A stretch of 64,000 nucleotides of DNA, taken from an uncultured Nitrososphaeraceae archaeon (lineage in GTDB: Archaea > Thermoproteota > Nitrososphaeria > Nitrososphaerales > Nitrososphaeraceae). Each line of letters starts with the position of its first letter. Positions within the stretch are counted from its first letter, which is position 1. The DNA lies in assembly GCA_963825865.1 (NCBI GenBank), contig CAWGVG010000029.1:126545-190544 (forward strand), in the 5' to 3' direction. Both the position numbers and the translations under genes were made by a program. This document shows positions 45,543-56,103 of the stretch, piece by piece. The notes beneath the pieces were generated by a model. It had not been told where the DNA came from. It did not search any database and saw nothing but the letters and a program-made list of their open reading frames with translations.

Positions 45543-46085
45543 ATGGCACAGAGATTACAGACACTTGAGGTAGGAAATCACGTAATTGCAGTTTACCCTA
45601 ATAAGGAAGAAAAATTTAATGAAGCCTTTGCATTTCTAAAAGATGGCTTGCAAAGAAATGAGGTTATTGTGCTAACAACTACCGATCTTACAAAAGATGA
45701 AATCCGTGCTAGGATGAGAAGTGAATGGAAAGTTGATGTTACAAAACTTGAATCAAAAGGCGATATTGTCATTAGAACTACGGAAGAATGGTATTTCCCC
45801 GATGGTATACCAAATATTCAGCGAACAATGGCATTGTGGTCTACTTTAGTGGAAAACTCACTTAACAAAGGTAAAAGAGGAATACGAGTAGTTGGAGATA
45901 TGGGAGCATTTTTTAAGAATGGATTTAGCAAAGAATTATTCGATTATGAATCATGTTTGGAACAAAGATTCAACTTTCCTGCTATTGGCATATGTGCATA
46001 TGATTCTAGAGATATCGATAATATGACATTAGAGCAAATAAGACTACTGCAGCAACATCATAATCCAATATGGATACAATATTAA
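45543..46085 (+). CDS. MEDS-domain sensory protein
   Basis: HVIAVY...FLKDGL..NE, GIRVVGDM, ELFDYE, ICAYD. Confidence 0.88.
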   Translation: MAQRLQTLEVGNHVIAVYPNKEEKFNEAFAFLKDGLQRNEVIVLTTTDLTKDEIRARMRSEWKVDVTKLESKGDIVIRTTEEWYFPDGIPNIQRTMALWSTLVENSLNKGKRGIRVVGDMGAFFKNGFSKELFDYESCLEQRFNFPAIGICAYDSRDIDNMTLEQIRLLQQHHNPIWIQY

Positions 46086-46189
46086 TAGCGTAGTAACATA
46101 ATATAATTAGTCTATATATAGAGACATAAAGAGAAAAATCCTATTATATATAATGCTATTATATTATTATTATTATTATTATTATATTA

Positions 46190-47458
46190 TTAAGCTGCTG
46201 GAAAAATCAATCCAAATGTAGTTCCCTTAGTGTAATCTCTGTATACTCTATCTCCAACCCAAATCTTTCCTCTGTATCTTTGAACTAATGCTCTTACTAT
46301 AGATAATCCTAATCCGCTTCCTTTTGCTTTAGAATAAAAGCGTTCAAACAACTCTTTTTTCATCGAATCTGGTATACCTTTGCCATAATCAGATATGGTT
46401 ATCATCCAATACTTTGTTTCACCAATAAAATAATCCTTTATCGTTACATCAATTTTTACTTCTGATGAATCTGTATATTTTACAGCATTAGAAAATAAGT
46501 TTATGAAAATTTCAACAAGCAAATTCTCAGCCATTATATTTATATCAGCAGGATGGCAGTGTGCCATATTTATAGAGATTTTTTTACCATGAGGATTATT
46601 ATTGTATAGCGTTTGCTCTACTGTAGAATACGCATTGTTAATTGCATCTGCAATGTTCCTTGATACTAATTTTATATCCTTTTGTATATACAGTCGTTCT
46701 AGTCTACGTATATTGTCTACAAGTGACTGGCTCCTCATTAGAGCATTTTTTGCAGTAGTAAGGTATGAAAAAATTTTTTCGCTGTCTTGTGATGGCAAAA
46801 CATCTGTTTTATTTTTCCCAAAAAGAAAAATTACAAGTCCCAAACTAGTTTGTATCGTTTGATGATAATTCCCTATATCATGTGTGATTAAATCAACCAA
46901 AAGCTCAGAGTGCTTTTTTTCTTCTACCATTTTATCATAATTTTCTTTTTCTTCCCATATAACATCAAAACAAGAAACTGCATTATTGACTACAGAGCCA
47001 TTTTTTGAATACAGCCAATCATTAACAGAAAAAATGCTATTTTTATTTTTCTTCTCATTACCATCTTTATTTTCTTTATCATTTTGTTGTATATCAATTG
47101 AAAAGGAAAAAATATCATGCTTATCTCTGATAAAGAGCAATGAATTTGCTGACGTTGCTGCTGTTTTAGTAGATTTTAATTTTATAGATTTGTATACAAT
47201 AAAAGGGACTGTGTGTTTTATTAGCTTCCTACTATTTTCATCAAAAGGGCTTAACACCCTGATGACGATATTCTTGCTAAGTTTCTGTGATATCAGGTAG
47301 TCTATTATCTTGCAGTATGATAGGAATTGTAAGGATGCGGGTTCAGGCAGCATTATATCCATTTCGGATTCAACTGAATGTATGAATTCAAATAATGCAT
47401 CAAGAAATTTTTTATCTATTGTTTGTGGGTTATTATTAGGCTCCTTAACTTTACACAT
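46190..47458 (-). CDS. Sensor histidine kinase
   Basis: H-box THDIGN, NLFSNAVKY, DYGKGIP, GSGLGLSIV. Confidence 0.92.
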   Translation of the reverse strand: MCKVKEPNNNPQTIDKKFLDALFEFIHSVESEMDIMLPEPASLQFLSYCKIIDYLISQKLSKNIVIRVLSPFDENSRKLIKHTVPFIVYKSIKLKSTKTAATSANSLLFIRDKHDIFSFSIDIQQNDKENKDGNEKKNKNSIFSVNDWLYSKNGSVVNNAVSCFDVIWEEKENYDKMVEEKKHSELLVDLITHDIGNYHQTIQTSLGLVIFLFGKNKTDVLPSQDSEKIFSYLTTAKNALMRSQSLVDNIRRLERLYIQKDIKLVSRNIADAINNAYSTVEQTLYNNNPHGKKISINMAHCHPADINIMAENLLVEIFINLFSNAVKYTDSSEVKIDVTIKDYFIGETKYWMITISDYGKGIPDSMKKELFERFYSKAKGSGLGLSIVRALVQRYRGKIWVGDRVYRDYTKGTTFGLIFPAA

Positions 47459-47643
47459 TTTTTATATTTGCTCTCAAAGCGACTGTTCAAACAAATTGTT
47501 CTTACTCAAGTCAAATATATAGTTCCATCTTGTTGTTATTATGAATATCAATGCTGTAGTAACAAGGTTAACAGATAACTTAAGTTCTTTTGTTACGCTA
47601 AACAAGTTATCTCTTATACATTAGTGGTGCCTAATTACTTATT

Positions 47644-48258
47644 CTATATCCTAGTCGAACTATGAATTGCCTTCACGTGCTTTGATAGTAGGTCCTTATC
47701 TTTGTATTCCATCTGACAATGAGGGCAAACAAGTATCGATTTGTTCTCTGAGATGGAGGCCGATGCGAAGGGGTCCATTATGCATAACGGTGTATCTATT
47801 TTAAATGCGTTAGTAGTTTCAACTATTGCTCTCTCCATCTTCATAATTATGTCTTCTCTATCTATAAGACCATAAATTTTAGAATTCTCACTTACAATGA
47901 CCTGTCTGATATCATGTTTTTCCATTACTGAAAGAGCATCAGCAATGGACATGTCTGGAGGTATAGAAATTATAGGTGAGGACATTATTTCTCCCAGCAC
48001 TACTCTTGAATTATGTTTGTGTAAGGACAGAACTTTATAAATAATATCAGTTTTTGATACCAATCCTATGATTTGCTTTTTTCTATCTGAAATAAGAACG
48101 GAACGGCTAGAATGCTCTTTCATTGCAATGATAGCATCCGCGGCAGTTTGGAATTGGTCCAGTATTACAACATCTGGATGTAGGATATATGAAACTGCAA
48201 GTGATAACAAAGATTTAGCATTCTTGTCCTTTTCACTTATCAATGCATTATAATACAA
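47644..48258 (-). CDS. CBS-pair protein with C-terminal C2H2 zinc finger
   Basis: Two CBS motifs, then CPHC...LSKHVKAIH. Confidence 0.88.
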   Translation of the reverse strand: MYYNALISEKDKNAKSLLSLAVSYILHPDVVILDQFQTAADAIIAMKEHSSRSVLISDRKKQIIGLVSKTDIIYKVLSLHKHNSRVVLGEIMSSPIISIPPDMSIADALSVMEKHDIRQVIVSENSKIYGLIDREDIIMKMERAIVETTNAFKIDTPLCIMDPFASASISENKSILVCPHCQMEYKDKDLLSKHVKAIHSSTRI

Positions 48259-48429
48259 TAGAATTATTTAAGAATGTATTTGTTAGACTTAAGGGGCCTA
48301 CAGCATAAAATATATCAGAGTTGTCTAATGGTAGAATAATCAGGCAAAAAACGATATCTTTTAACTCAAAACGCCTTACTATATACATTATGCTTTTATT
48401 ATCCGTCATTTTATATCCTTTCCACATTC

Positions 48430-48579
48430 ATGAGAAATCAAAGACGAGTCGGAGAAGCACTTATGATAGCATGCGGTATAGGTATAGCTGTGGGAGCATT
48501 CTCTTTAGGAGTCATGTTTCTCGCCTATGGAGGACTAGCTATTGCTGGATTAGGGGTATTTTCAGTTTTCTGGCGCTAG
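48430..48579 (+). CDS. Small two-TM membrane protein (absent from the ORF track)
   Basis: MRNQRRVGEALMIACGIGIAVGAFSLGVMFLAYGGLAIAGLGVFSVFWR*, 49 aa. Confidence 0.6.
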   Translation: MRNQRRVGEALMIACGIGIAVGAFSLGVMFLAYGGLAIAGLGVFSVFWR

Positions 48580-48662
48580 GTTTTCTATGTGTTTTTTTAT
48601 CTAAAACTAGTTGATGGATGTTGCCAATATGATATTCTTTGAGCGAGAGAGAAGAAACAAAG

Positions 48663-49976
48663 TCAAATCAATAAGAAATATTTTTTTTTAGTGACCTTGA
48701 AGAGATACTCTTCTGTTCGTTTTGTCAAAGGTCCGATCTCATTATTCTTTTCTGTCATCTCTATTCTCAATTGATCTAAGGATTGTTTAAGATCTTCTAT
48801 CTGTTTATCGTGATGTACTATGTTTCCTCTTAATTCTTTTGACTTGTTTAAAATTTTTCCGTCTTCCATTCTATACAGTACATTAAGTCTGCTCCGCATG
48901 ACTTTTGTCTTGTCTTGCCATTCTGGTAAAGATTTCAAAATAATATCAAAGTAATGTAAGATTTTTTCAGAGTCCTTAAGCTTAATTTTATCTGAATTTA
49001 TTGCTTTTCGAATTTCAATAAGAAGTGAAGTATATGATGAAATATCTGATTCAAAAATTTTCCATGGCTCATCGACCAAGACTTTAAGCTGTTCTGATGT
49101 ACCCTTTGTCATTCCATAAGAATACTTTGTAAATGCTCTAGATACGTGGCCGAAAAGATCAAGCATCTGTTTGCTGAATTCTTCTTTTTCTTGTTCTATA
49201 GTGTCTATTTCTTCAATATTATGAAAGGATTCTTTAAATTGAGTTGAGTTTTCTAAACTGGTTGATCGATTCTTTAATTCATAGATCTGACTTTTTAACT
49301 TTTCAATTTCTTTATTAGTCTTTTCAATTTCGCCTTCATCTATTTTGATAGATGCTCTCTTTTGAGATACCATATTCAAAAGATTGACACACTTTGCTAT
49401 ATCTGCAATTTCTTCCTCAAATCCACTCATTATTGATTTTGTTGTTTTGAGTAAAGATGAAAGCGTTTCAAATTCACCCTTTAATTTTCCTGCATATTTT
49501 TTCATAAAAATATTCATAACCTTGCTGTGAGAGCCAGTGACTTCTCCAAAACGGTTCATCATAGACTCCAACCTCTCATTGAACTTTTTAGCATCCTGTG
49601 TGGATTGTGGCAAAGGTAAATCTGAAGAGACTTCTCTTCTCAAAGATGCGATTACAGTTCTTTTTGAATTTTCTACAATTGATTTGAATCTTAACTCTTC
49701 AAGTTTAATTTTGTCCCGCTCCAAGTCATCTGCCACTTTTTGTACAATCCCAAGAGATTTCATAACTGAGTCTTTGATAGTAGAAAGATTATTTGACAAG
49801 TTCTTTACCTTTTCTGACTCAATATGCTGTAGAAGTGATAACGCCTCTGAAATAGTTAATGTATTGGTAGCATGTAATTGATTCTTGTTGTCCGGATTTT
49901 TTATTTGTGAAGTATTATCTTTCTTCTTGAAAAGTCCAAAGGGAGGAGACAATAAGATGATGTTTAGTATAGCCAT
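48663..49976 (-). CDS. Long coiled-coil hypothetical protein
   Basis: 437 aa, heptad-rich, no Walker motif; likely start near the GLFKKK segment. Confidence 0.8.
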   Translation of the reverse strand: MAILNIILLSPPFGLFKKKDNTSQIKNPDNKNQLHATNTLTISEALSLLQHIESEKVKNLSNNLSTIKDSVMKSLGIVQKVADDLERDKIKLEELRFKSIVENSKRTVIASLRREVSSDLPLPQSTQDAKKFNERLESMMNRFGEVTGSHSKVMNIFMKKYAGKLKGEFETLSSLLKTTKSIMSGFEEEIADIAKCVNLLNMVSQKRASIKIDEGEIEKTNKEIEKLKSQIYELKNRSTSLENSTQFKESFHNIEEIDTIEQEKEEFSKQMLDLFGHVSRAFTKYSYGMTKGTSEQLKVLVDEPWKIFESDISSYTSLLIEIRKAINSDKIKLKDSEKILHYFDIILKSLPEWQDKTKVMRSRLNVLYRMEDGKILNKSKELRGNIVHHDKQIEDLKQSLDQLRIEMTEKNNEIGPLTKRTEEYLFKVTKKKYFLLI

Positions 49977-50404
49977 AAAAAAACTGTTACGCTTGGATAG
50001 TTAATACATACAAGGCTATTTAGAACTCACTTTTATCACCGTTATATTATAAATTCAGCTGTATAATGTATATATATATATATAATATACATATGCATTA
50101 AATCATTTTCCGAGTAGTCAAAAATAAGAGTTTCTCAGTATTCGGAATTTGCTAAAGCACCATCCTTTGAATAGTCTTTAATGCAAGCTCTAATAATGAA
50201 CGATTATAAGAATACCCTTTTGTTAGTGGTAGTAGAAGGTTAAGAGTGGAGTTGCATCATCATGTTTTTATGATCTCGTCAAAACAAGATCGTCTAGGAT
50301 CCTTTTGAATTACTCATGTTTCCAATAATCTGTTAACATTTCTGTTAGTTATAAGAGAATGCTGTGATTTATCTTTTGCGAGTTTTAATTATCTTCAGCC
50401 ACAC

Positions 50405-50590
50405 TATATTAGGAGACAGATTAGAACAAGGTTGGAAACAAGCCAATCGATACAGATAGTGCACTATTGGTATAACGATGCATGAAAATGGTTAAGGCTC
50501 AAGTATGTTATTTTTGAACAGAATCTCGGGAATATTGTGGAAAGATTTATTCAACAGATTAAAGACAGAACCGAGTGCATTAATATTACA
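50405..50590 (+). mobile_element. IS6-family transposase remnant (DDE C-terminus)
   Basis: Degenerate TDSA..WYNDA.KWLRLK...NIVERFIQQIKDRTEC. Confidence 0.6.
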
Positions 50591-50787
50591 TTATTATTGT
50601 TTTAACAAACGGCTGGAAAAACATGACGTTTAAGTATCAATTTTGAATATGCAATAGATGATTACTCTTTAATCACACCTTATTATTGGAGTAAATATTT
50701 ATTAATTAGCTAAAATGCCAGTTAAAAAGACCTTCTTGTCGATTATTTAATAACTACTAAACGTATACGGCATCTGAGTTAGTCTGT

Positions 50788-51439
50788 TTGATTAATATCG
50801 ATGAATTTTTTACATTTTTCGACAACTTTGGATACCTAGGTATTTTATTAATCAGTTTTATTGGAAGCATTATCATTTTTGTTCCAATCCCATATTTCCC
50901 AGGTTCTATTTGCAGCAGCACTTGACAAGCATTTAGATCCACATCTGATTTCCTTTTCTAGTGCAATTGGATCTGTTATGGGAAAGATGATAATTTTCTG
51001 TACTAGTTATTATGGTCGCAAGATGCTCAACGACACAACTAAAAAAAGAATATATCCTCTTCAAAGACTTCTAAGCAGATATGGTTGGCTTGGGGCCTTT
51101 ACTGCTGCATCAATTCCAATTCCTGATGACTTCGTATATATTACATTGGGTCTTGCAAAATATAGTCCATGGAGATTTGTAACTGCTACTTTTGCCGGCA
51201 AATTCCTGTTAAAGGAAATTACTGTATGGGTAGCAATATTTTTAGGAAGACCCTTTATAATATACTTTATTTCGAATTATAGCAATCCAATTTATCCTAT
51301 TGTTATAGTGGTTGCTAGCGCACTAATTCTTGGCATCATACTATACCTATCTTTAAAAATTGATTGGGCTAGAATTATTGGAAAGTGGTTTCCATGGACT
51401 CTTACTGACGAAAGTGATGAAAAGAAAGCAAATAATTAG
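50788..51439 (+). CDS. DedA/VTT (SNARE-associated) membrane protein (indel near 50902)
   Basis: FGYLGILLISFIGSIIIFVPIPYF, SAIGSVMGK, PIPDD..YITLGLAKYSPWRF. Confidence 0.85.
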
Positions 51440-51781
51440 TTGAATTCTGATAAAACATGTTGTAAATGTCATAATAATCTTGAATCAAAAGAGCATACAG
51501 TAGTAATTCCAGTTGCCACTAAATAACCAATACAATTGGTATTGTTATTATGACATACTTAATTTATCAGAATAAAAGTGGAGTTATTCAAATGGTATTT
51601 TATATATATACTAACAAACAAGTGTTAAAGATGTTGCTGTATATGATGGGATCTCTTTATGATAGTTGAAACCGAGTAAATTCCTTGACAATTATTTATT
51701 CAGTAGTTTTCGGAATATTCAAATAAAATCCTATTAATGTGGAGTCGGTAATATGTAAGATAAATTTGACTCATTTTTACA

Positions 51782-52015
51782 CTATGTAGTTATCTTACAA
51801 TATTGTAATAATAATATCCTTTTAATATGTCTTTGTTTATGACAACTTTGACAGAGAGTAACTAAATTGGGACATTTGAATTTCAAATCTGGATGTATAT
51901 TCAACTCCTTGATATGATGAATTGTAATAATTTCTTATTGAAGATATTACAATCTCGACACCTGTAATTATCTCTCTTTAAAACTGCTTTTTTTATGCTA
52001 TTCAATTTCTTGAAA
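51782..52015 (-). pseudogene. HNH endonuclease domain relic (absent from the ORF track)
   Basis: KKAVLKRDNYRCRDCN / TIHHIKELNIHPDLKFKCPNLVTLCQSCHKQRH with one frameshift near 51928; upstream region has stops. Confidence 0.75.
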
Positions 52016-52358
52016 TCTCAATAGTTATTGTAATTCATTTGCTTTCTCTTTTAATTCGTCTACAAGGAGGCTTCAGATTTTGTGCACAAATATATATAAT
52101 AGATTCTTTCTTTTTCACACTATCTTTTTCTAATTCAAAGAAACTATCCGATCTATTGTTCAGTCATTATTACTTTAGAAGACTTCATTTCTCATAATTA
52201 ATCGTGGAGAGTCATTGTAAAGGTATTAAGCACCGATCTCTTGATACTATGTTATTGTATACCAAACATTTTTTGATATATACAAATCTGTAAAGTCCTT
52301 TTCCTCCTGCTTTGTTATTTTGTAGTCGAAGCTGAATAGGCTGGCTGTTTATCGTTTG

Positions 52359-53132
52359 TTAGCATTTATTCAATGGTTTTAGTTTAGTTATGGCCGTTTC
52401 TACTGCAAACAGCAGAAATAATAATAATGATACTGTTTCTAACTGGGAAAATTCAGGAATAGTAACGTACTGGTCAGAATCTGCTATCAGAGAATAACTT
52501 TTCACCTTGTATGTTTGTAATTTCTCCGTTACTGGCAAATCGAAAGCAGACTCAGAGTATGATGACATGTTAACGGGTTCAGTTTGTGCCCTCCCAATGG
52601 TAATCACTCTTCCATCTTTATCGTATAATGTAGCGATAATCATACAATTTGTTGCGTCTTGTGATCCTTCGTTTATAACTCTGCCTATGATATAATAGAC
52701 ACCCATTAAATCTAGTCTTGAGTTGTTAGAAGCAATCCGTAATGCTCTTACTTTTCTTTCAGTCTCCTGTCCTATTGCAGATATAGTATAATTTTTCACA
52801 GTATCAACCGATTTGGTATCAATGTATAATATTTCAAATGGTGATATTTCTCCGGGGTTGATTGTTCGTAATTCTGACGATCGCTTAAACTCATTTATCA
52901 TTTTACCATATGCATCATAGAAAGAGGCTTTTACAACTACGTTTCTCATGGCCTTGTTCGATATATTTTTCACTTCACCATATACATGCATAATTTTGGT
53001 TTCATCAATAAATGAGGATGTTTTTTGAAATGTAAATTGTTGTTCTGCTAATGAGTTTGCATTTGTCATCGGGGTTATAGCAATCAATAATATTAGAACA
53101 GTACTAATAATCCACAGGATCTGCAACAACAA
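52359..53132 (-). CDS. Secreted tandem FxLYD-domain protein with PEF-type C-terminal anchor
   Basis: Signal peptide, GEVKN...ASFYD and GRVIN...ATLYD domains, then TIPEFS, a TM helix and a basic tail. Confidence 0.82.
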   Translation of the reverse strand: MLLQILWIISTVLILLIAITPMTNANSLAEQQFTFQKTSSFIDETKIMHVYGEVKNISNKAMRNVVVKASFYDAYGKMINEFKRSSELRTINPGEISPFEILYIDTKSVDTVKNYTISAIGQETERKVRALRIASNNSRLDLMGVYYIIGRVINEGSQDATNCMIIATLYDKDGRVITIGRAQTEPVNMSSYSESAFDLPVTEKLQTYKVKSYSLIADSDQYVTIPEFSQLETVSLLLFLLFAVETAITKLKPLNKC

Positions 53133-53315
53133 AAAATAGAAGAATCAATATTTAAGGTTGAAAAGCTCGTTTTAGATAATATTATGTAACAATATTTTGG
53201 ATGGATTTTCAATTGAAGGGAGAATTTTACTAATGAAAGCATCATCAACCTATATAATATTGTGTTTTTTACCAAGTAATAATATAAGAATTAGTAATCT
53301 GTTTAAAAGCGGCCA

Positions 53316-53800
53316 ATGTATTTGTTTCAGGTAATGCCATTTGAAGACGGAGCAGTAAAACGCAAACGTTTGTTATGTTCTATGATTGCCGTTTTAATAA
53401 TCGTCATCGGCGTTGGGTTTGATTACCATGTTTATTACAACCTATCAATGTATCAAAGATCCAAGATCACAGCCATTTCAATTATCTATTCCTATTATAG
53501 TTACACGTGAATGCACAATTGTTCCCAAAATATAGGCATTGACAATAAATGCATTAGACCAATTCATACTTTAGAAAAAAATGTGATTCACATTGGTTAT
53601 AGTAGATCCTACCCTTTTACATTAAATCATTTTCTGTATATATGGGGAATAGACAGAAAGAAGTATGACCTTTTAGGTTTACATTAACACTATTCCTTAC
53701 ACAAACGGAGTTATCTTGATATTGTTTTTAAATAAAGGCATGTATATTAGAGTGGATTTTACCAGCAGGATTTAAATGCATGTGTCAAGAACTCTTATGT
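53316..53800 (+). pseudogene. Decayed membrane-anchored protein of the IGI..C...HT family
   Basis: TM helix, then pieces IGIDNKCIRPIHT, NVIHI and FTLNHFLYIWG in mixed frames. Confidence 0.4.
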
Positions 53801-53870
53801 TTTGCAATCGAGCGACTTTCAAAATTTATTCAGAAATCGGAGTCCTACACGTAGACTTAAATCATATTAC

Positions 53871-55280
53871 TTATAAAATATTTTCCTTAGAGAGATTTTC
53901 AACTTTCTTCCAAACAGTTCTATCTTTATGGTCCATTAGCTCAATAGAGTATTGATTCATCAGTTTTTTTCTTATTACATCCGAATTCTGAAATTTTTTT
54001 TCCGCTCTCAATTTATTCCTGATAAGTATTAACTCTTCAATTTGTCTTTTCTCGCTATCTGTAGCTTCAATCACCTTGAGCCCAAATATATCCATGAAAT
54101 TACTGAAAACGACAAGCGCAATATTTGACATAGCCTGTGTAAGTTTATCTGCCGCCACGTAACGGTTTATTTCTGTAACGAACTTCATAAATATTGTTAG
54201 AGCGAAGGTTGTATTCATATCGTCATCCATCGCAAATTGAAATGCTTTCATAGAATCATCACATAATTTCTCTACAGCTTTAATATCTCCTTCCTCTTTT
54301 CTACTGGCAAATCTTAATTCGTATGCACATGTTTCTATTTGACGCCATCTTTGCATGGATTCTGTAAGCAATTTGTCTGTATAATCAAGTGGCTTTGAAT
54401 ATTGGATAGACATGCTATAAATTCTTAAAGTATTCATCCCCCAACGTCGAAGAGCTTCTTTTATTGGTACAATGTTGCCAACCGATTTTGACATTTTTTC
54501 TGAATTGATGGTGACCATTCCACAATGTACCCATATCTTGGAAAATTGATTTTCTGCGAAGGCTTCAGATTGCGCTATTTCATTTTCATGATGTGGAAAT
54601 ACCAGATCCTGTCCTCCCCCATGTATTTCAAACGGACTACCAAAATATTTTAATGCCATTGCAGAACACTCAATGTGCCATCCGGGCCTACCTTTACCCC
54701 AAGGACTTTCCCATACTGGTGATTCAGAATAAAACTTCCACAGGGCAAAATCAAGCGGGTTCTCCTTAGAAGGGTCAATTTCAATTCTGAATCCTGACTC
54801 TAATTCCTCAACAGATTTCTTTGATAACCTGCCATATCTTGGAAATGACTTTATGCGGAAATAAACTCCGTTAAGTGAGACGTACGCGTAACCTTTTTTA
54901 ATTAATCCATCAATCAAATCGATCATCTCTTTTATATTCTCAGTAGCTCGTGGATATTCATCTGCTCTCAATACATTCAGATGATCAAAATCCTCGAAAT
55001 AACTCTGAATATATTTTGCCACGATCTCTTCTGCCTTTAACCCTTCTCTTTTTGCTCGATCAATTATCTTGTTATCAACGTCTGTGAAGTTCTGGATAAA
55101 GTTTACCCTGTAGCCTCTGGAAAGAAGGTATCGACGCAAAATATCAAAGATAATTATAGTTCTTGCATGTCCAATATGAGAATCGTCATAAACGGTCATA
55201 CCACAGAGGTAAATTCGAACCACATTGTTGGTAGCATCTACTTCTTCTATGAGTTTAGTCAGGGTATTATATATTCTCAA
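53871..55280 (-). CDS. cysS: Cysteine--tRNA ligase
   Basis: [42 protein letters not shown]. Confidence 0.97.
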   Translation of the reverse strand: MRIYNTLTKLIEEVDATNNVVRIYLCGMTVYDDSHIGHARTIIIFDILRRYLLSRGYRVNFIQNFTDVDNKIIDRAKREGLKAEEIVAKYIQSYFEDFDHLNVLRADEYPRATENIKEMIDLIDGLIKKGYAYVSLNGVYFRIKSFPRYGRLSKKSVEELESGFRIEIDPSKENPLDFALWKFYSESPVWESPWGKGRPGWHIECSAMALKYFGSPFEIHGGGQDLVFPHHENEIAQSEAFAENQFSKIWVHCGMVTINSEKMSKSVGNIVPIKEALRRWGMNTLRIYSMSIQYSKPLDYTDKLLTESMQRWRQIETCAYELRFASRKEEGDIKAVEKLCDDSMKAFQFAMDDDMNTTFALTIFMKFVTEINRYVAADKLTQAMSNIALVVFSNFMDIFGLKVIEATDSEKRQIEELILIRNKLRAEKKFQNSDVIRKKLMNQYSIELMDHKDRTVWKKVENLSKENIL

Positions 55281-55361
55281 ATTTGAATACCTTTTATCGA
55301 GAATATTGTGATATATATATGTGCATAATTCTCTATGACTGTTCCGTATTACGAGCTTATT

Positions 55362-55667
55362 TTACATGTCAAGATATATATCATTTCCCTGTATGATGAT
55401 TTTATATGTTGTTAACTTGACACCCTCAAGATAGTCTAGCAATTCGCCTGTTCTAATATTATAGTGCCATGAATGTAAAGGACATTCAACAACTTCGCCA
55501 TCAATATGTCCCGGGGCCAATGAACCATCCTGATGACGGCAAAGTGCCTCTATGGCATAATATTTACCGTTTGCATGAAACAATGCAATTCTAGTACCAT
55601 TAACGTTAATTTCTTTTCCCCTATTTTCACCGATTTCATCTTTATGGGCTATCTTTAGCCAAACCAT
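55362..55667 (-). CDS. Rieske (2Fe-2S) ferredoxin
   Basis: CRHQ...ECPLHSW. Confidence 0.92.
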   Translation of the reverse strand: MVWLKIAHKDEIGENRGKEINVNGTRIALFHANGKYYAIEALCRHQDGSLAPGHIDGEVVECPLHSWHYNIRTGELLDYLEGVKLTTYKIIIQGNDIYLDM

Positions 55668-56103
55668 CTTGTAGTCTTATTACACTGTGGTTATTTTGAG
55701 TATAAAATGTTATATTGTAAGTTAGATTCCCCCAGGAAACTTATCATATTTTGAAAGTGGAATCAAATATCATTTATAAGCAAAAAACTCAGCAGGAATA
55801 TGGCATGTTCGGAAAGTGATAGATCATGTGCTACTAGGTTGAAACGGCATTGTCGCTATTAATGATAAGTAGTTGACATTCTGTTACAAACATGATAATG
55901 AATCAATGAATATATGCTGTCTTATACTAAATGAAATACACGTGAAGTAGAAAGGTTATATGACACTTACGAGGTCAGGTTTGCCTTCATTTTAAGTTCT
56001 TGCATTTCACCTGTTCCTGTATATTTTGCGAATCCTTGTGTATTCAAAAAATGTCTAGACTTTGATTTCAGTCTGGGGATAACTTAAAATCTAGTGCGAA
56101 CAT

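Noticed and set aside
46150-46190. (TAT)n microsatellite, and (TA)n runs near 50070 and 63560
   Set aside because: Ordinary low-complexity tracts in AT-rich intergenic DNA.
48321-48614. 97-aa plus-strand ORF in the track
   Set aside because: Composition is implausible; the nested frame 48430-48579 gives a clean two-TM protein.
48663-49976. SMC/Rad50/SbcC ATPase
   Set aside because: Coiled coil only; no Walker A/B, signature motif or CxxC hook.
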